Of a DNA stretch of 64,000 nt, positions 38,161 through 48,548 are shown piece by piece (positions within the stretch are counted from its first letter, which is position 1; each line of letters begins with the position of its first letter). The position numbers and the translations under genes are program-made. A model generated the notes under the pieces. It worked only from the letters and a program-made list of their open reading frames with translations. It ran no database searches and was not told where the DNA came from. Source of the stretch: an uncultured Bacillota bacterium (GTDB lineage Bacteria; Bacillota; Clostridia; Peptostreptococcales; Anaerovoracaceae); NCBI GenBank assembly GCA_949292945.1, contig CASFAX010000003.1, positions 37,554 to 101,553 of the forward strand, given 5' to 3'.

Positions 38161-39213
38161 ATGAAGGAAGTACACGGCGGAAATATATATAAATACGAAA
38201 GAAAAATGCACGACTTTTCGGCGAACCTGAACCCTCTGGGAATGCCGGAAGAGGTGAAGGAGGCCATTATAGGAAACATCTGCGCATACGAAGCTTATCC
38301 CGATACGGAAAACAGGGAGCTTACGGCCGCAGTATCCGGGGCCTCCGGCGTACCAGGAGACTTTCTTGCCTTCGGAAACGGGGCAGCCGACCTCATATTT
38401 AGGCTTTCCCTTTACCTTAAGCCTGAAAAGACTTTGATAATTTCGCCTACCTTCGCGGAATACGAAGAGGCGGCAAAGGCTGCAGGATCTGAAATTTCAC
38501 GCTATTTTCTCACCGAAGAGACGGGATTCAGATACGATGAAGGAGCGGAAGAAGCCGTTACAGACGGCACGAACCTGGTATTCATCTGCAATCCCAACAA
38601 TCCGACCGGAATACCTGTTGAAAAGGAGAAAATGCGGTCTCTGGCCTCAAGGTGCAGGGAAAAGGGAGCGGTTCTCGTCATAGACGAGTGTTTTTCCGAT
38701 TTTCTCGAGGAAGAGGAAAGGTATTCATTTCTGCCATTCATAGATGATTTCAAAAATGTTGTAATCCTGAAGGCCTTTACGAAGATTTTCGCCATGGCAG
38801 GTCTCAGACTGGGGTATGCGATATGCAGCGACGGGAAGCTCATAGAGGGAATAAAAGGAACGCTTCAGCCATGGGCGGTAAATACGCCTGCGTCAAAGGC
38901 GGGAGCCGCGGCAGCGGGACTTTCAGACTTTGTCAGAAAGACGAAGGATTACGTGAAAGGAGAGAGGGAGTACCTTATTTCAGCCTTTGAAAATCTGGGA
39001 TTGAAACCTTACGGCTCAAAGGCCAACTACGTGCTCGTAAAAAGCGGCGTCGACCTTAAGAAGGAACTTGAAGGCTTTGACATTATGGTGAGAAGCTGCG
39101 GAAATTACCCGGGACTTGACAATTCCTATTTCAGATTCGCAGTGAGAACTCGCAAAGAAAACGAATATCTGATAGAATGTCTTAAGAACATTTTCAGAAA
39201 GGAAAGACTATGA
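38161..39213 (+). CDS. cobD: threonine-phosphate decarboxylase (aminotransferase class I/II fold)
   Basis: HGGNIY start, NPNNPTG, and [14 protein letters not shown] with the PLP lysine. ATG 38161 was preferred over the track start 38098. Confidence 0.85.
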   Translation: MKEVHGGNIYKYERKMHDFSANLNPLGMPEEVKEAIIGNICAYEAYPDTENRELTAAVSGASGVPGDFLAFGNGAADLIFRLSLYLKPEKTLIISPTFAEYEEAAKAAGSEISRYFLTEETGFRYDEGAEEAVTDGTNLVFICNPNNPTGIPVEKEKMRSLASRCREKGAVLVIDECFSDFLEEEERYSFLPFIDDFKNVVILKAFTKIFAMAGLRLGYAICSDGKLIEGIKGTLQPWAVNTPASKAGAAAAGLSDFVRKTKDYVKGEREYLISAFENLGLKPYGSKANYVLVKSGVDLKKELEGFDIMVRSCGNYPGLDNSYFRFAVRTRKENEYLIECLKNIFRKERL

Positions 39214-40673
39214 CCAGGAAAATCATGATACAGGGCACCTGCTCCAACGCAGGGAAAAGCCTTATAGCGGCAGGGCTTTGCAGGATATTCAGACAGGACG
39301 GATACAGGGTTGCGCCGTTTAAGGCACAGAACATGGCCCTTAATTCATATATTACGGCAGACGGTCTTGAGATGGGAAGGGCTCAGGTGGTGCAGGCGGA
39401 AGCGGCGGGAATCGCCCCGGATGTTAGGATGAATCCGATTCTTCTAAAGCCTACCAGCGACGAGGGCTCTCAGGTAATAATAAATGGAGAAGTCGAGGGA
39501 AACTACACGGCAAAGGACTTCTACAGGGAAAAGCCAGCTTTCAGGGCAAAGGTAAGGGAAGCCTTTGAAAGCCTCGCTTCGGAATACGACATAATCGTCA
39601 TAGAAGGGGCAGGAAGCCCTGCGGAGATAAATCTTAAGGACGACGATCTGGTAAACATGGGAATGGCCGAAATGGCAGACGCTCCCGTTCTTCTAACAGG
39701 GGACATAGACAGAGGCGGCGTGTTCGCATCCCTTGCAGGAACCATGCTACTGTTTACAGAAGAAGAGAGAGCCAGGGTCAAAGGGGTCATAATCAACAAA
39801 TTCCGCGGCGACCTGGATATTCTGAAGCCGGGCCTTGACATGCTGGAAGACATAATTCACGTGCCGGTAGCCGGTGTGGTTCCGTACATGAACGTGGATA
39901 TAGACGATGAGGACAGCCTGACGGAAAGGTTTGCAAAGAAGAATTCTTCTGGGCTCGTAGATATCGCCGTAATCCGCGTTCCGAAAATCTCCAACTTCAC
40001 CGATTTCAACGCCCTGGAGTGTATGGACGGAGTAAACGTAAGGTATGTAGACGGACCTGGGCAGCTGGGTGATCCGGACATGGTTATCCTTCCCGGAACA
40101 AAGTCGACAATGGCAGACTTAAAGTGGATGAGGGAATCAGGCCTTGAGTCTGCGGTGATAAAGTTTGCATCCCGGGGAAAGCCGGTTTTCGGAATATGCG
40201 GCGGATATCAGATGCTGGGCCGGCACCTTTCCGATCCTGAAGGAGTGGAAGGCGGAGGAGACATGCGGGGCATGGGACTTCTCCCTCACAGCACCGTCTT
40301 TGCAGGTGAAAAGACGAGAACGGCAGAGGAAGGAGCGCTTTCAGACGTTACGGGGATGTTTTCCGGCCTTTCGGGAGCCCGCTACAAAGGCTACGAGATA
40401 CACATGGGTCTTTCGGAGGCGGAAGGAAACATCATAAACGAAAGGAATGTCTACGGAACATACATTCACGGAATCTTTGACAGCGAAGAAACAGCGGGGA
40501 CTGTGGTAAAAGCCCTCTATGAGGCCAAAGGCCTTGATTCTTCGGAGGTTAAAGCCTTTGACATGGACGAATATAAGGAAAGACAGTACGATATTCTCGC
40601 GGACGGGCTGAGGAAATCACTTGACATGGAGCTGATTTATAGGATAATGGAGGATAGCGGCGATGAAAATTGA
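39210..40673 (+). CDS. cobQ: cobyric acid synthase
   Basis: [19 protein letters not shown], and a C-terminal amidotransferase with [10 protein letters not shown] and GYEIHMG. Confidence 0.92.
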   Translation: MTRKIMIQGTCSNAGKSLIAAGLCRIFRQDGYRVAPFKAQNMALNSYITADGLEMGRAQVVQAEAAGIAPDVRMNPILLKPTSDEGSQVIINGEVEGNYTAKDFYREKPAFRAKVREAFESLASEYDIIVIEGAGSPAEINLKDDDLVNMGMAEMADAPVLLTGDIDRGGVFASLAGTMLLFTEEERARVKGVIINKFRGDLDILKPGLDMLEDIIHVPVAGVVPYMNVDIDDEDSLTERFAKKNSSGLVDIAVIRVPKISNFTDFNALECMDGVNVRYVDGPGQLGDPDMVILPGTKSTMADLKWMRESGLESAVIKFASRGKPVFGICGGYQMLGRHLSDPEGVEGGGDMRGMGLLPHSTVFAGEKTRTAEEGALSDVTGMFSGLSGARYKGYEIHMGLSEAEGNIINERNVYGTYIHGIFDSEETAGTVVKALYEAKGLDSSEVKAFDMDEYKERQYDILADGLRKSLDMELIYRIMEDSGDEN

Positions 40674-41289
40674 AAATGTGAAACCTGCCGATATAGAGAA
40701 GAGAAGCTTTGAGATAATCGCGGAGACTCTGGAGGAAACAGGCATCGACATAGACGAAAGGTATGCCCACATCATCAAAAGGTGCATACACACCTCGGCG
40801 GATTTTGATTACGCCCGCACCATGTTCTTTTCAGAAGGGGTCGAGGAGAAGATCGCTTCGGTTATAAGAGACGGCGGATACATCGTGACGGACACCAGGA
40901 TGGCTCAGTCCGGAATAAACAAGAAGCGCATCGAAGCCTGGGGCGGCAAGGTCCTCTGCTTCATAGGAGATGAGGACGTTGCGGAAAGAGCAGCAAAAGA
41001 AGGGCTTACCCGATCCTACGTCAGCATGGAAAAGGCGGCGGAGCTGGATAGACCGGTAGTGTTTGCCATAGGAAACGCGCCTACGGCGCTCATTGCAATA
41101 TGCCAGCTGTTCGAGGAAGGAAAGCTTAAACCGGAAGCAGTGGTAGGTGCGCCTGTGGGATTTGTCAACGTGGTGGCGGCAAAGAAACTTCTCATATCTT
41201 CAGGTATTTCCTGCATAGTTCCAAGGGGACGAAAAGGCGGCAGCAACATAGCCGCTGCAATCATTAACGCCGTTCAGTACAACATGTGA
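40663..41289 (+). CDS. cbiC: cobalt-precorrin-8 methylmutase
   Basis: HTSADFDY and [10 protein letters not shown]. 208 aa. Confidence 0.9.
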   Translation: MKIENVKPADIEKRSFEIIAETLEETGIDIDERYAHIIKRCIHTSADFDYARTMFFSEGVEEKIASVIRDGGYIVTDTRMAQSGINKKRIEAWGGKVLCFIGDEDVAERAAKEGLTRSYVSMEKAAELDRPVVFAIGNAPTALIAICQLFEEGKLKPEAVVGAPVGFVNVVAAKKLLISSGISCIVPRGRKGGSNIAAAIINAVQYNM

Positions 41290-41302
41290 GAATGGAGATT
41301 TT

Positions 41303-42055
41303 ATGCAGAACATAATTGTAAGAGAAACGTCCTATGAGCTCAGAAGCATAGGCAGAAACGCCCTCAGCGGATCCTGGGGAAAAGTGGCTGCGGCCTGTTT
41401 CCTCTACTACGTCATGATGTTTACGGTGCCAGATATCCTGAGCATGATCATACCCGCCAGCATGTACTTAGGCCGGGAGCTGTTCGGAACGGAGCTTGCC
41501 ATATCATACGTGGCATACCTGTACTCCGCGGTTATGACAGGAGTTTTTCAGCTGGGCCTCATAATATTCATACTGACGTTCCTCAGGACGAGGAAGGCAA
41601 ACTCTGCCGTCATATTCAACGGCTTCGAGTTCTTCGCAAAAGCTTTCTGCGTCAGCTTCATGTGCGCTGTTTTCACAGCTCTATGGGCAATGCTCTTCAT
41701 AATACCGGGCATAATAGCCTTTATCAGATACTCTCAGGCTATTTACATTCTGGCAGACGATCCGAGAAAAGGCGTGTTCCAGTGTATCAACGAGTCAAAA
41801 TTTCTCATGACGGGAAATAAATCCAAGTACTTCTGCCTGAACCTTTCCTTCATAGGCTGGATAATACTGGCGAACCTGCCGATAGTGCTGTTTCCGTTTG
41901 CAGTGCACGGGTGGCTTGCCATAGCCCTGGATCTGGTTCTGTCCATACCGTATTTCTTCGTCATGGCCTACACTCAGGTGACGAACGGCATATTCTACGA
42001 ACTGGTTACCGGTCACCTGGTAGCAAAGCGGGTAGAGCAGACAGCAGACAATTAA
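41303..42055 (+). CDS. DUF975-like integral membrane protein
   Basis: 250 aa with N-terminal RNALSGSWGKVAAACFLYY followed by 5-6 TM segments. It starts 13 nt after cbiC. Family assignment is from memory. Confidence 0.5.
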   Translation: MQNIIVRETSYELRSIGRNALSGSWGKVAAACFLYYVMMFTVPDILSMIIPASMYLGRELFGTELAISYVAYLYSAVMTGVFQLGLIIFILTFLRTRKANSAVIFNGFEFFAKAFCVSFMCAVFTALWAMLFIIPGIIAFIRYSQAIYILADDPRKGVFQCINESKFLMTGNKSKYFCLNLSFIGWIILANLPIVLFPFAVHGWLAIALDLVLSIPYFFVMAYTQVTNGIFYELVTGHLVAKRVEQTADN

Positions 42056-42085
42056 AAGCCTTAACGTTTTGATTCACACCGGTCA

Positions 42086-42120
42086 TTTCCGGCGCGCTGA
42101 GGTTATGAGCGCACCGGAAA
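42086..42120. terminator. bidirectional terminator between the DUF975 and EamA genes
   Basis: 12-bp stem TTCCGGCGCGCT / AGCGCACCGGAA with one mismatch. A T-rich run lies downstream. Confidence 0.7.
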
Positions 42121-42143
42121 CGGCCGGATTTTCATTTTTTGTA

Positions 42144-43076
42144 TCACCTGTCAGATGGAATTTTTCTCTTTATATTCGCCGTGTAGACTCCGATTAGAAT
42201 GAGAACTGCACCGACGCCTTGAACGATGGAAAAGCTTTCTCCGAGAATGAGTACGCCGGCGAAAATGGAAACCACCGTAGATATTCCCATAAAAGATGCA
42301 TTCCGGTTTACTCCTATGAAGGCAATGGAGATGTTTGAAAGGTAAAATGCTATTATGGAGCAGCAAATCCCCTGATAGAGGATTGCAGATAAAAACGCGG
42401 TGTCGCTGGCAGGAAGAGTTATGAGTGTTTTAAAATCGCCGTGAAGCATTGCCTCTGAAACAGCCAGGACGACGTAAAATACGGCGCCGGAAAGGAGCAT
42501 AAAATACGTTATCTCCGTTTCGGTGTAGTTTGAAGCCTTTGCGACAAAGACGCTGTAAAGGGAATATGAAATTACGGCGATAAACAGAAACAGATAGCCT
42601 GACGCTGAAAAGCTTGCCGATGCTCCTGCCGCAAAGACGGTAATGAGCACCCCGGTCATGGTTATGCATATGCCGATAACCTGGGCAGGAAACGGCTTTT
42701 TCTTCAGAACCAGAGCAGAAAGTATCAGCGATGTGATGGGGATGGACGCGATGATAGCGCCGCTTTCCGAGGCTGTGGTGAGACTTATGCCAAAGGTTTC
42801 GCCCAGAAAATAGATGCAGGGACAAAAAAGCGCGATTTTGAGAAGGGGAGCCACAGGCTTGCTCCTGAAATCGACTTTAATAACTTTAAACGCTACGAGG
42901 ACAGTCATGATGAGAGCTCCGACGAGAAAACGCCATCCCATCAGCGCAAGCTCGCTTGCGTTTCCCGTAGCCTGTTTTGTGAACATGTAGCTTAATCCGT
43001 AGATGAATTCGCATATAAGCGCGCAGACACAGCCCATAAACGTTCTGCCGGCAGCTGAATTAAAGTGTTTTTTCAT
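42144..43076 (-). CDS. DMT-superfamily (EamA-type) transporter
   Basis: 310 aa, 10 predicted TM helices, duplicated EamA-like halves. Confidence 0.8.
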   Translation of the reverse strand: MKKHFNSAAGRTFMGCVCALICEFIYGLSYMFTKQATGNASELALMGWRFLVGALIMTVLVAFKVIKVDFRSKPVAPLLKIALFCPCIYFLGETFGISLTTASESGAIIASIPITSLILSALVLKKKPFPAQVIGICITMTGVLITVFAAGASASFSASGYLFLFIAVISYSLYSVFVAKASNYTETEITYFMLLSGAVFYVVLAVSEAMLHGDFKTLITLPASDTAFLSAILYQGICCSIIAFYLSNISIAFIGVNRNASFMGISTVVSIFAGVLILGESFSIVQGVGAVLILIGVYTANIKRKIPSDR

Positions 43077-43168
43077 AATTTCACGTATATATCTATAATA
43101 TCTGAGATGTGCTAACTGTACTACTGTTTTTGGAGTCTGTCAAGGATATGCGAAGTTGTGCAAAATTG

Positions 43169-43195
43169 TTAGCACTCTTTTTAAGCGAGTGCTAA
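43169..43195. promoter_or_regulatory. CIRCE operator (HrcA binding site) upstream of clpB
   Basis: Perfect match to TTAGCACTC-N9-GAGTGCTAA (TTAGCACTC tttttaagc GAGTGCTAA), 88 nt upstream of the clpB ATG. Confidence 0.85.
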
Positions 43196-43282
43196 AAAAT
43201 GCTTGCTTTTTGCATTTGGAGGTAGTAATATATATTTGTAAGTAGAAAATGATACCTGTTTATCAAAGAGGGGTGATATATA

Positions 43283-45874
43283 ATGAACATTGAAAAATAC
43301 ACGCAGAACGCGCAGCAGGCTGTAATGGACAGCCAGAATATCGCTATTTCAGAGGGGAACCAGACTCTGGATGTGGAACACCTGCATCTTGCTCTTCTTC
43401 GCCAGAAGGATGGACTGATTCCAAAGCTTATAAAGAGCATGGGAGTAAACGAAACCCGGTTTGAAGGCGATGTGGAGGCTGAAGTTTCCAGGCTTCCGAA
43501 GGTGTCTGGAGGCAGCGGACAGCTTTACGCTTCGGGCAGACTTAACAAGGTTCTCATGAACGCCGAGAAGAATGCCGAAGACTTTAAGGACGAGTACGTA
43601 AGCGTAGAGCACATATACCTTGCCATGCTGGCGGAGAGAAACACGCCGTCGGCTGCCATATTTAAGAAGTATGGAATCACCAAGGATAAGTTCCTCGACG
43701 CTCTTTCTAAAGTGAGGGGCAATCAGAGGATAACCAGCCAGAATCCGGAGGATAACTACGATGCGCTTAATAAGTACGGCAGAGATCTGGTGGAGATGGC
43801 CCGTGAGGGTAAACTGGATCCTGTAATCGGAAGGGACAGCGAGATAAGACACACCATACAGATTTTGTCCAGAAGAACCAAGAACAACCCTGTTCTCATA
43901 GGAGAGCCGGGAGTAGGTAAGACGGCCGTGGTTGAAGGTCTTGCCCAGAGAATACTTAAGGGAGATGTTCCTGAAGGACTGAAGGATAAGACCATATTTG
44001 CCCTTGATATGGGCTCCCTCATAGCCGGAGCCAAGTTCAGAGGCGAGTTCGAGGAAAGACTTAAGGCCGTTTTAAACGAAATAGAAAAATCCGAAGGCAG
44101 AATAATTCTGTTTATCGATGAGATTCACAATATCGTTGGGGCCGGAAGAACGGAAGGCTCAATGGATGCAGGAAACCTGCTTAAGCCTAAACTGGCTAGA
44201 GGCGAGCTTCACTGCATAGGCGCGACTACTCTTGACGAGTACCGAAAGTACATAGAAAAGGATGCAGCCCTTGAGAGAAGATTCCAGAAGGTTCTCGTGG
44301 ATCAGCCGAGCGTTGAGGACACCATTTCCATCCTGAGAGGACTTAAGGAAAGGTTTGAAATTCACCACGGCGTAAGGATAACCGACGGCGCGCTTATCGC
44401 ATGTGCGACCCTTTCCGACAGATACATCTCCGACAGATTCCTTCCGGACAAGGCCATCGACCTTATGGATGAAGCTGCCGCGAGAATCAGAACGGAAATA
44501 GACAGCATGCCTTCAGAACTTGATGAGATTTCAAGGAAGATCATGCAGCTTGAAATAGAGAAGCAGGCCCTCAGCAAGGAGACGGACAGAGGATCCAAGG
44601 CAAGGCTTGAGGCTTTGGAAAAGGAGCTTGCCCAGCTTAAGGATGAAAACGCGTCCATGAGAGCTCAGTGGGAAAACGAGAAGAAAGCCATCGCCGACGT
44701 TAAGGCGACGAAGGAAGAAATCGATGCGGTTAAGCATCAGATGGAAGAGGCTGAAAGAAACTACGACCTTGAAACCCTTGCAAAGCTGAAATACGGAAAG
44801 CTTCCTGAGCTTGAGAAAAAGCTGGAGGCGGAAAAGGAGACGGCGGATCCTTCGGAGAACAGGCTTCTTAAGGAAGAGGTCAACGAGGAGGAAATCGCCG
44901 AGGTTATATCCTCCTGGACGGGAATTCCTGTGGCAAAGCTGGTTGAAAGCGAGAGAGAAAAGCTTCTCAAGCTTGCAGATATTCTCCATAAGAGGGTAAT
45001 AGGTCAGGATGAAGGCGTCGAAGCAGTATCTGAGGCAATACTTAGAGCCCGTGCAGGACTTAAAGAGGAGAACAGGCCTATAGGATCCTTCATATTCCTG
45101 GGACCTACGGGAGTCGGAAAGACCGAGCTTGCAAAAGCCCTTGCAGAAGCCCTCTTTGACACCGAGAAAAACCTCATAAGAATAGATATGTCCGAGTACA
45201 TGGAGAAGCACTCAGTTTCCAGACTGGTTGGAGCTCCTCCAGGATATGTGGGATACGATGAAGGCGGTCAGCTTACGGAAGCTGTCAGAAGGAGACCTTA
45301 CAGCGTAATACTGTTCGACGAGATAGAAAAGGCACATCCTGATGTGTTCAACATTCTCCTTCAGCTTCTGGATGACGGACGGCTTACGGATAACCAGGGA
45401 AGAACCGTAGACTTTAAGAACACGGTAGTCATAATGACTTCCAATATAGGAAGCGCTGAGCTTACGGAAAACATACGTCCTGACGGAACCATATCCCAGG
45501 AGGTAAAGGACAGGGTAGAGGCGCAGCTGAAGAACTACTTCAGACCTGAGTTCTTAAACCGTATAGACGACATAGTGGTATTCAGCCCGCTTACGGAAGA
45601 GCAGGTTATAAAGATTACCGAGCTTTCCATGAAAGCCCTTGAAGCGCGTCTTGCTGACAGGAATATTACTCTGGAGCTTACGGATGATGCAAAGAGGTTT
45701 ATCGCTTCGGAGGCCTACGATCCGAACTACGGCGCCCGTCCGGTAAAGCGTTACATTCAGAGAAACATCGAGACAAAGCTTGCAGAGCTTATCATAAAGG
45801 GAGATGTGGCTGACGGCGACAGAGTAAAGATAACAGCAGGAAAGGACGGACTGGAATTCAGCAGAGTGAACTGA
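43283..45874 (+). CDS. clpB: ATP-dependent chaperone ClpB
   Basis: Clp N-domain, two AAA+ modules (GEPGVGKTA and GPTGVGKTE) separated by a long coiled-coil M-domain. 863 aa. Confidence 0.95.
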   Translation: MNIEKYTQNAQQAVMDSQNIAISEGNQTLDVEHLHLALLRQKDGLIPKLIKSMGVNETRFEGDVEAEVSRLPKVSGGSGQLYASGRLNKVLMNAEKNAEDFKDEYVSVEHIYLAMLAERNTPSAAIFKKYGITKDKFLDALSKVRGNQRITSQNPEDNYDALNKYGRDLVEMAREGKLDPVIGRDSEIRHTIQILSRRTKNNPVLIGEPGVGKTAVVEGLAQRILKGDVPEGLKDKTIFALDMGSLIAGAKFRGEFEERLKAVLNEIEKSEGRIILFIDEIHNIVGAGRTEGSMDAGNLLKPKLARGELHCIGATTLDEYRKYIEKDAALERRFQKVLVDQPSVEDTISILRGLKERFEIHHGVRITDGALIACATLSDRYISDRFLPDKAIDLMDEAAARIRTEIDSMPSELDEISRKIMQLEIEKQALSKETDRGSKARLEALEKELAQLKDENASMRAQWENEKKAIADVKATKEEIDAVKHQMEEAERNYDLETLAKLKYGKLPELEKKLEAEKETADPSENRLLKEEVNEEEIAEVISSWTGIPVAKLVESEREKLLKLADILHKRVIGQDEGVEAVSEAILRARAGLKEENRPIGSFIFLGPTGVGKTELAKALAEALFDTEKNLIRIDMSEYMEKHSVSRLVGAPPGYVGYDEGGQLTEAVRRRPYSVILFDEIEKAHPDVFNILLQLLDDGRLTDNQGRTVDFKNTVVIMTSNIGSAELTENIRPDGTISQEVKDRVEAQLKNYFRPEFLNRIDDIVVFSPLTEEQVIKITELSMKALEARLADRNITLELTDDAKRFIASEAYDPNYGARPVKRYIQRNIETKLAELIIKGDVADGDRVKITAGKDGLEFSRVN

Positions 45875-45900
45875 TGATTCCGGCTGACGTAAATGAAATC

Positions 45901-45937
45901 GGCATGGCCTGAAGAAATTCGGGTCATGCCAATTTTT
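45901..45937 (+). terminator. Rho-independent terminator after clpB
   Basis: GGCATGGCC / GGTCATGCC stem with one G-T pair, followed by AATTTTT. Confidence 0.75.
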
Positions 45938-45994
45938 GACGGTTGAAAAATATGCGTTTTAGAATAAAATAAGAATGTGGATAAATGACGCTTC

Positions 45995-46654
45995 TTACCC
46001 GCGGCGCTTAATGGAACTCTTCATGTGAACCTTCATAGCCCTGGCGCCGTTATCGGTGTTGCCGCTTTTAAAGGCGTTGTAGATGCGGGAATGTTCCTTG
46101 AAGACCTTCTGAAGGTATCCCGGTGCAAAGTAGTTGGACGAGCTGCAGTAGTTTATGATGGTCTGGTAGCGCAGGAGGGTGTCCTCCAAAAGCCGGTTGT
46201 GGGCGGCTTTATATATCTGCCGGTGAAAAGCGGTGTTTATGCTTATCATCTTAGGAATGTCGTCCTTGGCCGTGTAGAACTTCATGAAATCGTATATTTC
46301 ATCCAGTTCGTCCATCTGATCTTCAGTGATACGCTTGATACCCCATCGGACGGCAAGGATCTCATAGTCCGTGCGCATTTCAAAGAAGTCGGATATTTCC
46401 TGTTCGGAAAAGCCGGTAACGACGGCGCCCTTGTTTGGAATGAGGCGTATGACTCCGTCCTTTTCAAGGCGGCCCAAGGCTTCGCGGACGGGGGTTCTGC
46501 TGGCGCTGTACATCTCGCAGACCTTCTGCTCAACGAGCCTGGTGTCTTTTTTGATGCGGCCTGTAAGGATATCTCTCAGGAGCTTTTGATATACGGCTTC
46601 CGTAAGGGGAAGAGCGTCGAAATTGGTTTCGCTTATTTCTTTAATAATACTCAT
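45995..46654 (-). CDS. GntR-family transcriptional regulator (FadR/FCD subfamily)
   Basis: Winged HTH SRTPVREALGRLEKDGVI plus an all-helical FCD-type C-domain. The + strand ORF 46025-46660 is its shadow. Confidence 0.88.
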   Translation of the reverse strand: MSIIKEISETNFDALPLTEAVYQKLLRDILTGRIKKDTRLVEQKVCEMYSASRTPVREALGRLEKDGVIRLIPNKGAVVTGFSEQEISDFFEMRTDYEILAVRWGIKRITEDQMDELDEIYDFMKFYTAKDDIPKMISINTAFHRQIYKAAHNRLLEDTLLRYQTIINYCSSSNYFAPGYLQKVFKEHSRIYNAFKSGNTDNGARAMKVHMKSSIKRRG

Positions 46655-46708
46655 GAATAGATTATATTATCAGCCTGCGGGCTTTGTCAACGCAGAAAGG
46701 AATTGGTA

Positions 46709-47332
46709 ATGGATAAGGAAAACGTGAAAAAAGTGCTTGATTTGCTGGAAGGAGAATACCCGGAGGCGGAGTGCGCCCTTCATCATAGAAACCCGTTTGA
46801 GCTCATCGTGGCGGTAGCTTTATCGGCTCAGACTACGGACAAAAGCGTAAACCAGGTGACTCCGGGACTCTTTGAGAAATACCCTGACGCTGAAGCTCTT
46901 TCAAAGGCTAATCCCGCCGATGTCGAGAATTTCATAAGGCGCATAGGAATGTATAAGACAAAGTCGAAAAACATCGTTGCCATGGCCCAGAAACTCGTCT
47001 CGGACTTCGGAGGCCGGGTGCCTGATGATTACGATGCCTTAGTCAGCCTTCCGGGAGTTGGGAGGAAGACGGCAAACGTGGTGCTTTCAGTGGGATTCGG
47101 CCACCAGAGGATAGCTGTGGATACACACGTTTTCCGTGTTTCAAACAGGATAGGACTCGTTCATGAAAGCAACGTTTTAAAGACTGAGCTTGCCCTCATG
47201 GAAACCGTTCCGGAGGAGAGATGGTCAAAAACCCACCACAGCCTCATCTTTCACGGCCGGAACTGCTGTACGGCGAGAAAGCCGGACTGCGAGAACTGCG
47301 TGATTGCAGACCTTTGCGAGAAGAATCTATAG
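46709..47332 (+). CDS. nth: endonuclease III
   Basis: HhH-GPD LPGVGRKTANVV and 4Fe-4S ligands C-x6-C-x2-C-x5-C (CTARKPDCENCVIADLC). The track start TTG 46703 is an alternative start. Confidence 0.92.
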   Translation: MDKENVKKVLDLLEGEYPEAECALHHRNPFELIVAVALSAQTTDKSVNQVTPGLFEKYPDAEALSKANPADVENFIRRIGMYKTKSKNIVAMAQKLVSDFGGRVPDDYDALVSLPGVGRKTANVVLSVGFGHQRIAVDTHVFRVSNRIGLVHESNVLKTELALMETVPEERWSKTHHSLIFHGRNCCTARKPDCENCVIADLCEKNL

Positions 47333-47373
47333 ATAGAGGAATATATAAACTGACAAATAGGAGGTATTAAGAA

Positions 47374-47985
47374 GTGAAAAAAGTGGAAGTAAACGCCATG
47401 GGTCAGCAGTGCCCCGTGCCTGTAGTCATGACGACGAAGGCTTTAAAGGAAATCACCGAGCCTGCGGAGGTGGAGGTGCACGTGGATAACGAGGTTGCGG
47501 TGCAGAACGTGCTTCGTCTTGCGGGAAGCAGGAACTTTGAAGCAAAGAGCAGAAAAGTGGAGGATAACCACTTTGTTATAACCATAAATGCTTTGGCTGA
47601 AGAGTCTGCCGGGGACGATAAGGCTCCGGCATGCACTCCTGATATGAGAGGAAATACCGTAGTCGTTTTCAGTTCCGACAGGATGGGCTCAGGAGACGAC
47701 GGTCTGGGAAAGCTTCTGATGAAAAGCTTCATATACGCCCTGTCTCAGCTTGACGAGCTGCCGAAGGCCATGATATTCTATAACGGAGGAGCAGCCCTTA
47801 CCGTGGAAGGATCTGAATCTTTGGAAGACCTTAAGAACATGGAAGCTCAGGGAGTAGAGATAATGACCTGCGGAACGTGCCTTGACTATCTTAAGATAAA
47901 GGATAAACTGGCGGTAGGATCCATAGGCAACATGTACACCATAGTGGAGACTATGAACGGTGCCGGAAAAATTTTAAGACCTTGA
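47374..47985 (+). CDS. yedF: YedF-type sulfurtransferase-like selenium-metabolism protein
   Basis: TusA-like N-domain with CPVPVV fused to a DsrE-like C-domain (VVVFSSDRMGSGDDGLG). GTG start 8 nt after AGGAGG. Confidence 0.75.
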   Translation: MKKVEVNAMGQQCPVPVVMTTKALKEITEPAEVEVHVDNEVAVQNVLRLAGSRNFEAKSRKVEDNHFVITINALAEESAGDDKAPACTPDMRGNTVVVFSSDRMGSGDDGLGKLLMKSFIYALSQLDELPKAMIFYNGGAALTVEGSESLEDLKNMEAQGVEIMTCGTCLDYLKIKDKLAVGSIGNMYTIVETMNGAGKILRP

Positions 47986-47990
47986 TTTTA

Positions 47991-48024
47991 AACCGGGAGC
48001 TGCTTGTCTGACTCCCGGTTTTTG
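47991..48024 (+). terminator. Rho-independent terminator after yedF
   Basis: AAACCGGGAG / CTCCCGGTTT stem followed by TT. Confidence 0.8.
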
Positions 48025-48035
48025 TAGGGAGATGT

Positions 48036-48545
48036 ATGATGAAGGATATGACGGACAAAGTAAAGCTCAGACCGATTGAATCAGGAGACGATCCGTACCT
48101 CGGCGAAATAGCCAGATATAATCTGAAAAAATACGGTCTCGACATTCCGGGAACGGCGTATTTTGATCCTGAGCTTGACCACCTTTCCGTATATTACGGC
48201 GCTAAGCCGAAGGAAAGATTTTACCTGGTGGCAGAGCTTTCAGGAGAAGTCCTTGGCGGAGTCGGAATTGCGGAATTTCCGGCTGTCAAAGGGTGTGCGG
48301 AGCTTCAGAAGCTTTATCTTAAGGACAGCGCAAAAGGCTTTGGCCTGGGAAAGCTTCTCATGAAGGAAATAGAGAAAAAGGCCGGAGAGTACGGATATGA
48401 AAGGATATACCTTGAAACTCACAGCAGCCTGAAGACGGCCCTTCACATGTACGAAAAGGGCGGCTATGTGGACAGAAGCAAGGTGGATGCACCTTCGACC
48501 AGCGCTCATAAGGCCATGGACAGGTTTCTCATAAAGGAGCTTTAG
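48036..48545 (+). CDS. GNAT-family N-acetyltransferase
   Basis: 169 aa with the acetyl-CoA motif LYLKDSAKGFGLGKLLM (Q/RxxGxG/A type). Confidence 0.8.
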   Translation: MMKDMTDKVKLRPIESGDDPYLGEIARYNLKKYGLDIPGTAYFDPELDHLSVYYGAKPKERFYLVAELSGEVLGGVGIAEFPAVKGCAELQKLYLKDSAKGFGLGKLLMKEIEKKAGEYGYERIYLETHSSLKTALHMYEKGGYVDRSKVDAPSTSAHKAMDRFLIKEL

Positions 48546-48548
48546 GAA

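Noticed and set aside
43077-43282. CtsR operator or sigma-54 (-24 TGGCAC / -12 TTGC) promoter upstream of clpB and in other intergenic regions inspected.
   Set aside because: No GGTCAAA-type direct repeat and no TGGCAC-N5-TTGC element was seen by eye in the intergenic regions I read. Absence is not proven without a matrix scan.
46025-46660. 211-aa + strand ORF mirroring the GntR regulator gene.
   Set aside because: The minus-strand product has a clear GntR winged HTH and FCD domain. The + strand product has no motifs and is a shadow ORF.
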